Origin: a virus
Strand: one strand, 5' to 3'
IMG/VR virus record: IMGVR_UViG_3300023284_001318
Location: 600 to 64,599 of that record
DNA length: 64,000 nucleotides
A program made the position numbers and the translations under genes. The notes under the pieces were generated by a model. That model saw only the letters and a program-made list of their open reading frames with translations, did no database searches and had not been told where the DNA came from. Shown one piece after another: positions 1-9,943 of this stretch (position 1 is the stretch's first letter; every line of letters begins with the position of its first letter).

Positions 1-11
1 CCTCAGTTTGC

Positions 12-1976
12 GTGGTGTTTGATAATGAGGTCAAGGATAACCCAGCCTATCCGCTCTATAAGCCCCATTATTGGGATCGATGGGACACCCAGCTCTATGC
101 CTACCTAATGGCGACGAAACTCAGAGAAGATGGATATGAGACCACTATTGGGATCCTACCTGTTGCCTGGATGCAGAATGGCAAGATAGACCTGGACGGC
201 GCTCTTGCCATGGGTAAATCTCGTCAGGACATGGCTATCGAGGTACTACGGGAGCGATACGAGCCGACTAAATACCTTAAGACGTTGCCGCAAGATGCTG
301 CAGGGCTCATTCAGAGGCGATTAATCAAGTCACAAATTGGGACAACTATTAATGATTTTGGATCACGCTATTGGGTGCAACGGCAAAAGAAAGATGGAAC
401 ATTTATCAATACGCCGATAACGAATTTCACAATGGCAATCGAAAATAATATTTTTGATGCTAAGAAGGTTTGTACCCGTGAGATAAATCTTGCCAATAAC
501 GTAGGAGGGGGGATCTCCAGGGCATTGTTTAAAGGGGAGGATCTGAATCACCCTGTCAATTTTAAGAAAAGATGCTTTCAATTGGGCAATTATCAGTTCA
601 AAGGAACGGCCCATGATTTAGAGTCGATAATCGAGTACGAGACAGCTAGGGAAATAGGCAAGGCTGTATATCGACCCGACCATTGCGGGTGGGTCAAAGA
701 AGCTGGCTTGTACTTATTTCGCAACGGGGGGCTGGATCCACAGGGTAATCGTCTTGAATGTGACTCAGAGGGGGTAGTCTGGCGTGGGCTGACGGGCTGG
801 CAGGCTGTCCAATTTCATCAGGGGGATAGTGAGGGTAGTGGGGATATTCCGAGCTTATCTAAGGTGAATATGGACCCATGCGGGCTGATTGATCTGATGG
901 AGGAGAATTACTCGGGTAATATGGAGATTCGCCTAGCGTGTGCGTGGGTAATTGCCTCCTTTTTTGCCCATCATTTGTCGCAAATCTTTAGTAATACATT
1001 TCCTCTGTTATTTATTACCGGCCAACTTCAATCGGGCAAGACGACTCTCTGTGAGTGGCTTTCCGCGATGGCCGGACTCACTACTCGGGGCTACTCGTTC
1101 TCGGTCGGTACTGAGGTTGGCCTGGAGCGTGGGTCCTTCTATTATTCTTCCCTACCCTTCTGGCTAGATGAATATCGTAACTCAGATAAGAATAAGGGCA
1201 AGGAGTCTTTCTTCCGATCCGCCTATGACCGACAAATGGGGCTCAAGGGGGTTAGGCAGGACTTTGGGGTCCGGGGCGGGTCTATCCGGGCAGCTATCAT
1301 GGTATCTGGGCAAGACACCCCGACCGACCTTGCTCTGCAAACGCGGTTTATCACAATTAGACTAAAGAAAAAGCGTAGCGGGGTGAATTTTGATAAGTTG
1401 CAGGCCATGAGGGCTGAGATGAGTGGGATATTGCCGGGGCTAGTTAATAAGTTTTATCGAAAATATCCCGATATAGTCATTGCGGTCAAGAAAATGCGGG
1501 GGCATTTAAGTGGGCAAGGTGTGGATGATAGGACCTCGGTGACTTATGCGATTGTGATGGGCCTATACGATCAAATAGTCAGAGAGAATCACCGGGATTT
1601 TTTTGATTTTGTCGTTGGACACGGAAAAGCTAGTTATGAGGAGAAAGAAGTAGATAAACCAACTCACCAGTTTTTACTCGGACTCCAAGAATTGAAAGAT
1701 AAGATTTATCACACTTCAGTCAGGGCTGTCTCGGGGTGCCTGGCGATTTATTTTCAGGGGGCGTATGGCGCGTATCAAACACTGAAAAGGCAACAGGGGC
1801 AGGAGGTGACCTGGAAGCGGACTACGTTGCTAGAGGAGTTTGCAGAGCAAGACTGTTTTGTTGAAAAAGCCCGGAGCGTTAGAGTGGGTGGCCATAATGT
1901 CAGATGCTTGATACTTGATCCACATCAGGATGAGCTGGTGATGGATATTTATGATGCGGCGAAGGAGGAAGAGTGA
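12..1976 (+). CDS. DNA primase-helicase, C-terminal part (DUF927-like/SF3-type ATPase); probably 5'-truncated by the window
   Basis: Walker A ITGQLQSGKTT and Walker B WLDEY; Toprim-like tail (KIDLDGAL) near the N-terminus. Confidence 0.75.
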   Translation: MVFDNEVKDNPAYPLYKPHYWDRWDTQLYAYLMATKLREDGYETTIGILPVAWMQNGKIDLDGALAMGKSRQDMAIEVLRERYEPTKYLKTLPQDAAGLIQRRLIKSQIGTTINDFGSRYWVQRQKKDGTFINTPITNFTMAIENNIFDAKKVCTREINLANNVGGGISRALFKGEDLNHPVNFKKRCFQLGNYQFKGTAHDLESIIEYETAREIGKAVYRPDHCGWVKEAGLYLFRNGGLDPQGNRLECDSEGVVWRGLTGWQAVQFHQGDSEGSGDIPSLSKVNMDPCGLIDLMEENYSGNMEIRLACAWVIASFFAHHLSQIFSNTFPLLFITGQLQSGKTTLCEWLSAMAGLTTRGYSFSVGTEVGLERGSFYYSSLPFWLDEYRNSDKNKGKESFFRSAYDRQMGLKGVRQDFGVRGGSIRAAIMVSGQDTPTDLALQTRFITIRLKKKRSGVNFDKLQAMRAEMSGILPGLVNKFYRKYPDIVIAVKKMRGHLSGQGVDDRTSVTYAIVMGLYDQIVRENHRDFFDFVVGHGKASYEEKEVDKPTHQFLLGLQELKDKIYHTSVRAVSGCLAIYFQGAYGAYQTLKRQQGQEVTWKRTTLLEEFAEQDCFVEKARSVRVGGHNVRCLILDPHQDELVMDIYDAAKEEE

Positions 1977-2171
1977 AATGAATGTGGACAATTTATTACT
2001 CATTTTTATCATGACTTGTAGCGTAAGTGGGCTAGTACTCGCTTACGCAGCAGCAAACTGGGCCGTATTCTCCTGGATCATAAACTCAATGTTTTGGTGT
2101 ATTGCTTGGTATGTAAAATGACAACAATAATCCTCAAAAATGGATATTTATGATGCGGCGAAGGAGGAAGA
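1941..2171 (+). repeat. 32-bp direct repeat pair
   Basis: ATGGATATTTATGATGCGGCGAAGGAGGAAGA at 1941-1972 and 2140-2171. Confidence 0.95.
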
Positions 2172-2174
2172 ATA

Positions 2175-2396
2175 GTGCGACGCCGAGTGTATATTCCCTT
2201 TCAATCGGAAAAAGTACACTATGAACGAAAATGCAGCGAATGCCGAAAGGTTATTCCAGGAGGAACCGTATCCTTTGCTTCTCGTATTGGACCCAAAGTT
2301 TTAAAGGTTGTTTGTAGCGAAGATTGTAGATTAGATTTCGACCAACGATATTGGGAGAATATAGCCGATGCCCACGATAAAACTCAAAATGGGTGA
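2175..2396 (+). CDS. small Cys-motif hypothetical protein
   Basis: ORF with CSEC...CSEDC, preceded by AAGGAGG. Confidence 0.55.
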   Translation: MRRRVYIPFQSEKVHYERKCSECRKVIPGGTVSFASRIGPKVLKVVCSEDCRLDFDQRYWENIADAHDKTQNG

Positions 2397-2739
2397 TAGT
2401 CAGATAGTATCCCTTGATGCCGTCCATGGCAAAATAGGCGCTGTCCCTTTTAAATGCTGGGACAAGGACGGATCCGAAGCCTTCAGGGCAAAAATTCTCA
2501 AGCGCAATGCCTCAAACGCCTCTTATTATGTCCTTGGTCCTGTGGTTAAAGGCCTTATTGGTCGATTAGAAAGGGGCGGCAAGCACGGTGCTAAAACTAG
2601 GCGACGAATGACTGAAGGTGGTCGGAAAGGTGGGGAGAAAAAGGGTTGGCGGAAGTATTATTCACAGGTGAACATACCTCAGTCACTACAGGGGGCGCAG
2701 TCGCGTAGGGCGGCGAGGTCTCACAGGGCGTCAAAGTGA
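2368..2739 (+). CDS. hypothetical protein
   Basis: ORF only. Confidence 0.4.
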   Translation: MPTIKLKMGDSQIVSLDAVHGKIGAVPFKCWDKDGSEAFRAKILKRNASNASYYVLGPVVKGLIGRLERGGKHGAKTRRRMTEGGRKGGEKKGWRKYYSQVNIPQSLQGAQSRRAARSHRASK

Positions 2740-2876
2740 GACTTTAAGCTCTTGAGGATGAGGGAGAGGAACTATAGTAGGCGTGTGAATGGAGGCGATA
2801 TAGTAGGAGCTAGAAGTACCGTCTTAGGCGGTGGCTCCCGTCGTCTCCTTTGACCCGATAAACTGAGGACATAAAA

Positions 2877-3416
2877 ATGAAGAATCGTTACGAAGTGTTA
2901 GAAAATCGTATTGTAATTTATCTCGGAAAAAGATCCAAAGACATTTTAGAGACTATTATAGACTTACAAGATCTTTCGATTGTTTCAACACTAAAAGGAT
3001 ATTGGTGGGCGCATCCACGGACCACGGGAAACTATTATGTCCGTGGTTTATTTGGTGATATTAGCGTGAGCATTCACCGTTTAGTTATGAATCCACCCAA
3101 TACTATGGAAGTAGATCATCGTGACGGAAACAGTTTGGATAACAGACGATTAAATCTCAGGATTTGTACTCATCAACAAAACGGGTGGAACTCTCCTAAG
3201 AAAGGAAAGCTATGGTCATTACGTGGAGTTAGCTATGACTCTAGAAACAAAAAATGGCAAGCAAGAATTGAACATAACAAGCGATCATATTCACTAGGAA
3301 GTTTTGAGACAGCAGAAGAAGCTGCAAGAGCCTACGATAAAGCTGCCTTAAAATTAAGACCCGATTTTGCAAGACTGAATTTTGAGAATACGGCATGTCA
3401 AGAGATAACCAAATAA
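2877..3416 (+). CDS. HNH homing endonuclease with AP2 DNA-binding domain
   Basis: [18 protein letters not shown] (HNH_3) and [30 protein letters not shown] (AP2). Confidence 0.92.
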   Translation: MKNRYEVLENRIVIYLGKRSKDILETIIDLQDLSIVSTLKGYWWAHPRTTGNYYVRGLFGDISVSIHRLVMNPPNTMEVDHRDGNSLDNRRLNLRICTHQQNGWNSPKKGKLWSLRGVSYDSRNKKWQARIEHNKRSYSLGSFETAEEAARAYDKAALKLRPDFARLNFENTACQEITK

Positions 3417-3429
3417 GTTGATTATATCT

Positions 3430-3538
3430 TGACCCGCTGAAAAAGGTGAGCCGGAACGTCTAAAAACGTCGGTGACGACCGGAATTGATCGGAGGTTCGA
3501 CTCCTCCCGCCTGCCGAGATATCGCGGCCAGCGGGTCA
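3430..3538 (+). ncRNA. structured RNA element, copy 1 (TGACCCGCTG/CAGCGGGTCA closing stem, internal T-loop hairpin)
   Basis: 10-bp closing stem; GGAGG-TTCGACT-CCTCC and GCCG/CGGC hairpins; related copies at 54803 and 55667. Confidence 0.6.
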
Positions 3539-3549
3539 GAATAAATAAT

Positions 3550-3714
3550 ATGAGTGATTATACAGATATGATTGACGAAGGGTGTCTTTGTCAAGTTTGT
3601 GGGGAATACACCGGAGATGAGGATGGACACGGAGAGGGTGTCCGAGTCACTTGCGAGCCTTGTAAGTTTGAATCATCAAGAGGCGACGCAATCCGCAAAG
3701 GGGTGAAGCCATGA
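3550..3714 (+). CDS. small zinc-finger-like hypothetical protein
   Basis: CLCQVC...CEPC; ATG immediately after the RNA element. Confidence 0.55.
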   Translation: MSDYTDMIDEGCLCQVCGEYTGDEDGHGEGVRVTCEPCKFESSRGDAIRKGVKP

Positions 3715-3989
3715 CCGACCTGAGAAACATTGCGAAGAAAACCGCCAGTAATCTATCCTTTAGTGCTGTCCACAACGTAACTGTGTTTCAGGCAGACAAG
3801 GATATCGCCTTCCTCCTCAATGCCGTGGTGGAGGAAAGGGCTAAGCGACTGGAAGTAGAATTTTACCAATTTGACTACCGCGATTCAGATAAATCGGATG
3901 AGCGTTATAAGTGGACTGACAACGACTGGCACACCCAGGCCCTCCGCGAGCTGGACTTGGAGGGCGTGTGGCCGGGGAAGGAGAAATAA
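3711..3989 (+). CDS. hypothetical protein
   Basis: ATGA-coupled ORF. Confidence 0.55.
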   Translation: MTDLRNIAKKTASNLSFSAVHNVTVFQADKDIAFLLNAVVEERAKRLEVEFYQFDYRDSDKSDERYKWTDNDWHTQALRELDLEGVWPGKEK

Positions 3990-3992
3990 GAA

Positions 3993-4076
3993 ATGCTTAC
4001 CTTAGCAATATTTACATTAATTCTAATTCTCATCGGGATTGCTTGGTGGAGTTTGTGGCTAGTATGTGGCCGGTGA
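3993..4076 (+). CDS. 27-aa hydrophobic microprotein
   Basis: MLTLAIFTLILILIGIAWWSLWLVCGR; RBS and stop are supplied by the junction repeats. Confidence 0.45.
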   Translation: MLTLAIFTLILILIGIAWWSLWLVCGR

Positions 4077-4086
4077 AGGAGAAAAC

Positions 4087-4332
4087 ATGAGCAAGAATGA
4101 CAATCAAGATTTATTGGATCTATGTACGTTGAACCAGCTAGAAGAACATTCTGTTGGTACAGAGGAGGATGAAGCGGAATGGAAACAGGCTATCGCGCAT
4201 AGCAAACAACGGGTAATGCACCGGATTAGAGCTGGCTTACCGCCAGTCAATCCGAGTATGGCGCAGGAGCATCGCGAACGGAATCATGTTCCCGATTGCA
4301 CAGACCCGGATTGTATCTGTTGTGGCCGGTGA
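4087..4332 (+). CDS. hypothetical protein
   Basis: AAGGAG RBS; ends CICCGR inside the repeat. Confidence 0.55.
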   Translation: MSKNDNQDLLDLCTLNQLEEHSVGTEEDEAEWKQAIAHSKQRVMHRIRAGLPPVNPSMAQEHRERNHVPDCTDPDCICCGR

Positions 4333-4346
4333 AGGGAAAAAGTTAA

Positions 4347-4424
4347 ATGGATTTTCTGCTTGGCTTTGTTTTAGGTTTCGGTATTTGTTGGATATTAGCT
4401 TGTGTATTGTTTTTGCGGAATTGA
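4347..4424 (+). CDS. 25-aa hydrophobic microprotein
   Basis: MDFLLGFVLGFGICWILACVLFLRN after a junction repeat. Confidence 0.4.
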   Translation: MDFLLGFVLGFGICWILACVLFLRN

Positions 4425-4464
4425 GGTTGGTGAAGTAGGGCGTGTGGTCGGTGAAGGAAGGTGA

Positions 4465-4956
4465 GTGATGACAATATCAGGTGAGCATGAATTGACCAGA
4501 AGATTAGAATTAGAGAGGGAAGTCGAGCGACTTAACGCCCAAATAGAAACCATTGGCAGCGAAGGTGACCCAATGATGATTGAACTTCGCCATCAGAAGG
4601 CCGAAGTGGAGAGGTTGGACGGTCAGCTCAAGGCTAAACACAAACTGCTGGCCGATCATGTTAATGAAGTCGAGCGGCTGAAGGCTGAGAATGAGAAGTT
4701 GCAAGTCCAACTAGCCGGTTGCAGCGTAGCCGCTCTCGGTGGGACAAATAATATCGCTAAACAGGGAGATTTTGGATGGTCGGCATCCTATCAAGATGTG
4801 GTTAATTTATATGCTAGGAAAGACAAACTCTGCGAGGCGTTAGAGAAGGCTCGTACATACTTAGAAGAGCGAGGCATAAGACACAGGGATCAGGTGGGTC
4901 GCCTGGAGGTATTGCCAATGATCGATGAAGCCCTCAAGGATTCAAAAGGAGGATAG
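4465..4956 (+). CDS. coiled-coil phage accessory protein
   Basis: repeated EVERL heptads. Confidence 0.6.
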   Translation: MMTISGEHELTRRLELEREVERLNAQIETIGSEGDPMMIELRHQKAEVERLDGQLKAKHKLLADHVNEVERLKAENEKLQVQLAGCSVAALGGTNNIAKQGDFGWSASYQDVVNLYARKDKLCEALEKARTYLEERGIRHRDQVGRLEVLPMIDEALKDSKGG

Positions 4957-4960
4957 AATA

Positions 4961-5170
4961 ATGAAATCTTTATTTTTGTGGATTGGCCTGTTAATCTTAG
5001 TGGTTTTTTTTCTCTCTGCCTGCTCTCAAGGCTGGTCGAATCGTCATACTAAAATCACGGCTTATGGCATGTATGCCGTTCATCCGATGTATGGCGTATT
5101 AGGGCTGGGGTGGATTGATTACGAGAGAGAACCGGGGGGCGAAGAAGATGAAGTTGATTCGAGTAACTGA
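4961..5170 (+). CDS. putative lipoprotein
   Basis: signal peptide with LSAC lipobox; AGGAGG RBS. Confidence 0.55.
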   Translation: MKSLFLWIGLLILVVFFLSACSQGWSNRHTKITAYGMYAVHPMYGVLGLGWIDYEREPGGEEDEVDSSN

Positions 5171-5846
5171 TACACAGGGCCGGGTGTGGCATATTAACCG
5201 TGATTGGGTCTTGCGTATTTCTAAAGAGAAAAAGGGAACATTGATAGAGTTTGCCCTTCTTGCCAATGGTTGGACAGGCGATTCTGTAATGACTATGTAT
5301 GTTAAAGAATCCGTGGGGTATGTTAAGGCCAGATTAAACGAGAATGATATGCCAATGGGGCGGGAACATTAATGGATTTAGATATCCTCACCTACCCAAA
5401 AGACCTAATCCCCGAGGGCGTCTCCGCTGACCTCTGGCTACGCTATCTCAAGGGCGTTAGAGCTTGGGATGATCTCTACACTCAAGGCCAACGCTGCCCA
5501 GGCAATCCAGACGGTATAAGGTGCCGCTGTCAACTTCCTAAAGAGCAAATCTGCCTCGTATGGGTCAGGATCGCCGAGATAGCCGAGCAGATTGGCGGGT
5601 GGACGGCGACGCATGTGGGGGGGGTGGGTTAGAAAAGTGAAGCTATGAAAAAATGTCCTTTTTGTAGTGAAAAGATAAGATTTTGGCAAACTAACGGCTG
5701 GGGTCCGTGTAGTCCTTCTTCTATTCCTTCTCATATCAAGATGGAAAATCCTGCCAAATACCACTGGGGGTGTTACAAAAAAGTATTTGCATTAACAGGA
5801 TGGACGTGTGAAATTGTAATTAAAGGAACTAAGAGAAGAATTAGTA

Positions 5847-6443
5847 TTAGATGAAAGAATTTATACATTTTGTATACATATCTTGGCATCCCTTGAGTAA
5901 TATTGGTCGATTAATTTCCATGTCCCTACCTATCCACTTATACCACCATACTTTGAATCCAGTTAGTTTATACCAGAAGTTAGGTGCGGTTTGTGGGGGC
6001 ATCCATGTATTTCCTCTCTTCCTATTCTCCATTAAACCGAGAGGACTACATGTATGAATGACTTCAGAATAAATCTTTATCAATCGACGATCACGCTCTT
6101 CAATGCGACGATTAAACTCAGCGGTTTCTTCATCGTCCTTATTTAATTTCCACGGTCCTAGAATCGCTTCATTGGCTTCCCACCAATCCTCTATTTGCTT
6201 ACCATCCAAATAATATTCAACGTTGTTTGGGCATTTACACCCGCAGCACCATAAACAAGACTCTTTTTCGCACCAACAAAAAGGATGAATAAGGAAAATA
6301 TCACTCTCAAAGGTTGCACCATATTTCTCTGTCCATTCTCCCGTCTTTGGACATTTTATAGATATTTCTCTAAGAACTCTATCAAGCGTAGTATCGTGTT
6401 TATTTTTACCAAACATTCCAGTTGGAACAATTATTTTTATCAT
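5847..6443 (-). CDS. hypothetical Cys/Trp-rich protein
   Basis: 198-aa ORF in the minus-strand cluster. Confidence 0.6.
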   Translation of the reverse strand: MIKIIVPTGMFGKNKHDTTLDRVLREISIKCPKTGEWTEKYGATFESDIFLIHPFCWCEKESCLWCCGCKCPNNVEYYLDGKQIEDWWEANEAILGPWKLNKDDEETAEFNRRIEERDRRLIKIYSEVIHTCSPLGLMENRKRGNTWMPPQTAPNFWYKLTGFKVWWYKWIGRDMEINRPILLKGCQDMYTKCINSFI

Positions 6444-6456
6444 TGCTTCCCCTTCT

Positions 6457-6963
6457 TTATTTCTCCTTGACTACTTTAAAAGCAGCACGGCAGATTGCAA
6501 GAGGAGCGGTAGGGGCTCTTCCTACGCCCATGGATTTACCATTTACATAACAAAAACTTACATCCCATTCTTGACTACTCCATTGAATGACTAAAAGATT
6601 GCGATTCCCCATTCTGCGTATTGCTTCTATAATTTCCCAAGCAGCGGAGATGGAGATGGAGTAATACCCTAGCGGTACAAAACAATATCGGTGATGACCG
6701 TGTACCCAATTCCCCTGTCGCCTTCTTTCGAATATTTCACGCTGTTTTATTGATATGCCTAGCTGTTGCTCATCATGTTTATCTCTGAATTCATGTTCCC
6801 GCATACTATCACAGCAACATTTCGAGAACAGAAACAGCTTGTCATGGTAGGCGAATTTATCGCTAGGATGGAGGTCGATTTCTTTAACCATCGAACCAAA
6901 CACTCTTTCAGCCATCAGCTTATCCATCTCTCTGCCTGCTGGTATTTTGTCTATATCAATCAT
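6457..6963 (-). CDS. phage ABA-sandwich-like domain protein
   Basis: AGREMDKLMAERVFG...YSISISAAWEII...APLAICRAAFK. Confidence 0.7.
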   Translation of the reverse strand: MIDIDKIPAGREMDKLMAERVFGSMVKEIDLHPSDKFAYHDKLFLFSKCCCDSMREHEFRDKHDEQQLGISIKQREIFERRRQGNWVHGHHRYCFVPLGYYSISISAAWEIIEAIRRMGNRNLLVIQWSSQEWDVSFCYVNGKSMGVGRAPTAPLAICRAAFKVVKEK

Positions 6964-7277
6964 AATCCCCCCCTCCTCTTCCCCTGATGCGCTTGCCTAG
7001 CACACGGTATGCACAGCAATCTCAACACCCCTGCCCCTTGATACTCGTTAATCTCTACCTCTATATCTCTACTATGAACGTGATATGGCCGGGCGATAAT
7101 CCCGCAGCCTTCACAGATCCCCCTGGTCCTGGCCATGACCTCCTGCACTATGGCCGCCGGCGGCTTGAGAAGCTGGTGGACCCTCTGCCGAGTCACCCCC
7201 AGCCTTTGTCCTATCTCCCCTAACGTGAGGCCCTCTAGGGTGAGCTGGAGGGCTATGAGTCTGTCGTGTGGTGTCAT
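6960..7277 (-). CDS. HTH plus degenerate HNH-like protein
   Basis: LTLGEIGQRLGVTRQRVHQLL HTH; CEGC...H...LCIPC. Confidence 0.6.
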   Translation of the reverse strand: MTPHDRLIALQLTLEGLTLGEIGQRLGVTRQRVHQLLKPPAAIVQEVMARTRGICEGCGIIARPYHVHSRDIEVEINEYQGAGVLRLLCIPCARQAHQGKRRGGL

Positions 7278-7814
7278 TCCTCCCCCCCCACTTGCGGCAG
7301 TTTCCGCTCTTTTGACAAATCAATTTCTACTGATTTCCCCGTCTTTTGGTCAATCACTTCAAAATGATCGGCTGTACTCTCTTCGTGTTGAATATCCCAA
7401 GCTAATTGAGCCGCTTTTCTGGGTGTCTCGGCATACAAATCAATTTCCCATATAACGCGATAGTCGTTCATGTCTTTTCTCCTTCTACCCTTTCGCCTTT
7501 AACCTTGGCAATAAGGGTTTCAATGTCTAACTCAAGATAAACTGCGTTCGGGTCTTCAAACTCTCCAACATGTAGATTCAACATCCTCCCCGCTTTTTCT
7601 AACTTCTCCAGCAACTCCCCCGCCGCCTCGTGGAGGGGGCAGAGTTCAACCGTGTACCTCTCGGACCCAGGTTCAAGATGTAAACCACATTTCTCGCATT
7701 CCATAATCCCCCCTTATCCCTAACGCCTAGCCCACACGACCGGGGGCCGGGAGCGTTGCCCCGGAGGGCGGGCTCGTGAGCTCGCCCCAGGTCCCCGGAG
7801 GTCCGGGAGGGGGG

Positions 7815-8279
7815 TTACTCACCAAAGTAAAAGCATTGAGCATAACGGACAACAATCGCCTCATCTTCTCGGTTGAGAGGGTATTTTGTCCAGGGAGTAC
7901 CCCAATCTTGGTGCTCGATGCTGGCTGTTTCGGGTTGCGCCCATTTGTCAAGCTCCCCCACTATTCGACAAGCAGGTCCGCCGGTACAGAGCAAAATATT
8001 GTATTCTGCGGTCTCAGTATCTCTATCGCCTGGACTATGCCAATCAGACCTTACCTCAACACTGAGGGGATCTTCTTGGATAATTTGATAAGCGTCATCT
8101 CTCGCGTTATCATCCTCACCTGCTAAATCAAGAGCCGCGATCATCTCTTTAATTGATTCAAGCTGTGCCCTTGCCTGATTCTCACTATGAAATTCATCCT
8201 TTTGCTTTGCAATCATCTTTGCCCCCCCCGCCCCCGTGGGCCGTTGGTCGCTGCGCCTATCCCCTTCTCCCCATGTCAT
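7815..8279 (-). CDS. conserved phage hypothetical protein
   Basis: ILLCTGGPACRIVGELD motif. Confidence 0.55.
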   Translation of the reverse strand: MTWGEGDRRSDQRPTGAGGAKMIAKQKDEFHSENQARAQLESIKEMIAALDLAGEDDNARDDAYQIIQEDPLSVEVRSDWHSPGDRDTETAEYNILLCTGGPACRIVGELDKWAQPETASIEHQDWGTPWTKYPLNREDEAIVVRYAQCFYFGE

Positions 8280-8928
8280 CGAATAGCCCCCCTATGATAA
8301 TGCTCACCACCAGCGCCGCCACAAACCACCAGATGAAAACCACAGCCCAGAATGTAATTTCTTGCATGATGCCCCCCCTAAATTAGTGTTTCAATAAATA
8401 AACTTGAGCCATTGATTGATTTAAGAAAAGCGCTGCATTGATTTGTGCAATAGTGAAGTTCGACTTGATTGTTTTCACCTAAACATTTTGGGCATGGCAT
8501 ATAGCGCCACCCTAACGTCGAATACCCATTTTTGATATATTCGAGATATTCTCCTGACACAAAAAACTCAATGCAACACTCGGGGATATTGCTATGCCTC
8601 CCAAATGCCCAAGTATATTCAATCAATTGATATTGAGCAGGGCTCATTTCCCCTTCCTCGCCTTCTTGCTCACTTTATCAATCTCGATTACCTTTCCGCT
8701 TTCCCCGGTCACGGGGAGCGGAACGATCAAATGGAGGCGGTTGTCGATCACCATGAACTTATTAACCGTCGCTCCGAATTGGAGGCGATAGATTCTTGGC
8801 TCAGTGGCCACGGACGCTATCGCCGGCCACCGCTGTAGGATCTCTCCAGCTATCCACCAACATACCGCACCAATAATAATACTAATTAGGATAGAAGCGA
8901 CTACAATTTTAAGTTTGCTCATTTTACC

Positions 8929-9139
8929 CCCTTCCTGTACCCTTGCCCCTTGCCTTATCGTCGATCTTGGGGCAAGTATGACCCTTAATCCGCGATGTTA
9001 TTCGTGAAACATACAGAGAGGCAATTTCCCTTAAGATCTTTTGTTCATCTGACCTGTTCTGATTATTTTCCTCTTCAACCATCTTCTGTTTATTCATTTT
9101 TCCTTCCCCTTCCTATACCCTTGCCCCTTGCCTTATCGT
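8929..9139 (-). repeat. 33-bp direct repeat pair (1 mismatch) containing the RBS of minus-strand genes
   Basis: CCCCTTCCT(G/A)TACCCTTGCCCCTTGCCTTATCGT at about 8929 and 9107. Confidence 0.85.
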
Positions 9140-9167
9140 TAAGCTTGAGCGATCCTCGTGAGCCGTT

Positions 9168-9920
9168 TTATGTCAATTTGCCCTGTGATCCGCCGATCCT
9201 GCCGGTTGACCTGTTTAGTGACACGTCCGCGCCAAACCGGCTTCCTCGGTTGTAACCATTGGACCCCGAGGTCCTGGTGCTCCCTCCGATGCCGCCAGCA
9301 GACCCCTTGCAAGTTGCCTTGATAAAGGCGTCTACCTCCTGCTTGGCAGTCTGAATAATGACCAGGGCTCGTTTGTCCCCGTTTAGCTCGGCCATCTCCT
9401 CTGCCTTCTTGTGGGGAGCCTGAAGGCGATTGGCTAGACTGGCAATGGCCCCATCAATAAACCCCTTCCTGAAGCCGTCGATATTCTCCCCCGCCCTGCC
9501 GGCCCTGGAATACTGCCGGTTCATTTCCGCCGTGATAGTCCTTACGAGGTATCCATATAGGTAGGCACAGACTTGCCGGTCTGAGGTCCGTCTGACAAAC
9601 CAGATATTGTTTGATCCGCTACTAACAAGGGTCCGACAGAAATTAGCCCTTGCTACATATCCCGCAAGGAACTCTTGCCACGGTATGCGGCGGTGAGTCC
9701 GCTTGATACCTAGCTCCCCGAGGTCAATCTTCTCTTTGTCTATCGGCTCCTTGACTTCAAACTCGTAAAACTCAACGTCGGACATCTCAAGTTTGTGGCG
9801 GAGAAGCAACTCGGAAATCTTCTCCGCAAAGGCCTCTGCCTCTTGCATTGATCCGATAGCAGCGGCGCTTTCCTGATGGGATATTAGCTTTTTGAGTTTG
9901 TCCATTATGGGATCAGTCAT
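9168..9920 (-). CDS. DUF2786-domain protein
   Basis: MDKLKKLI..ESA...EAEAFAEKISELLLRHKL N-terminus. Confidence 0.75.
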   Translation of the reverse strand: MTDPIMDKLKKLISHQESAAAIGSMQEAEAFAEKISELLLRHKLEMSDVEFYEFEVKEPIDKEKIDLGELGIKRTHRRIPWQEFLAGYVARANFCRTLVSSGSNNIWFVRRTSDRQVCAYLYGYLVRTITAEMNRQYSRAGRAGENIDGFRKGFIDGAIASLANRLQAPHKKAEEMAELNGDKRALVIIQTAKQEVDAFIKATCKGSAGGIGGSTRTSGSNGYNRGSRFGADVSLNRSTGRIGGSQGKLT

Positions 9921-9943
9921 AAGATTTCTCCTTTCTCCCTATC

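Larger units (their letters stand above)
3967..4459 (+). repeat. four start-associated junction repeats TGTGG(C/T)CGG(T/G)GAAGG
   Basis: copies at 3967, 4065, 4321 and 4443, each followed by a start codon within about 10 nt. Confidence 0.9.

Noticed and set aside
3481-3515. tRNA gene at the TTCGACT T-loop
   Set aside because: No matching acceptor, D or anticodon arms; treated as part of the recurrent element.
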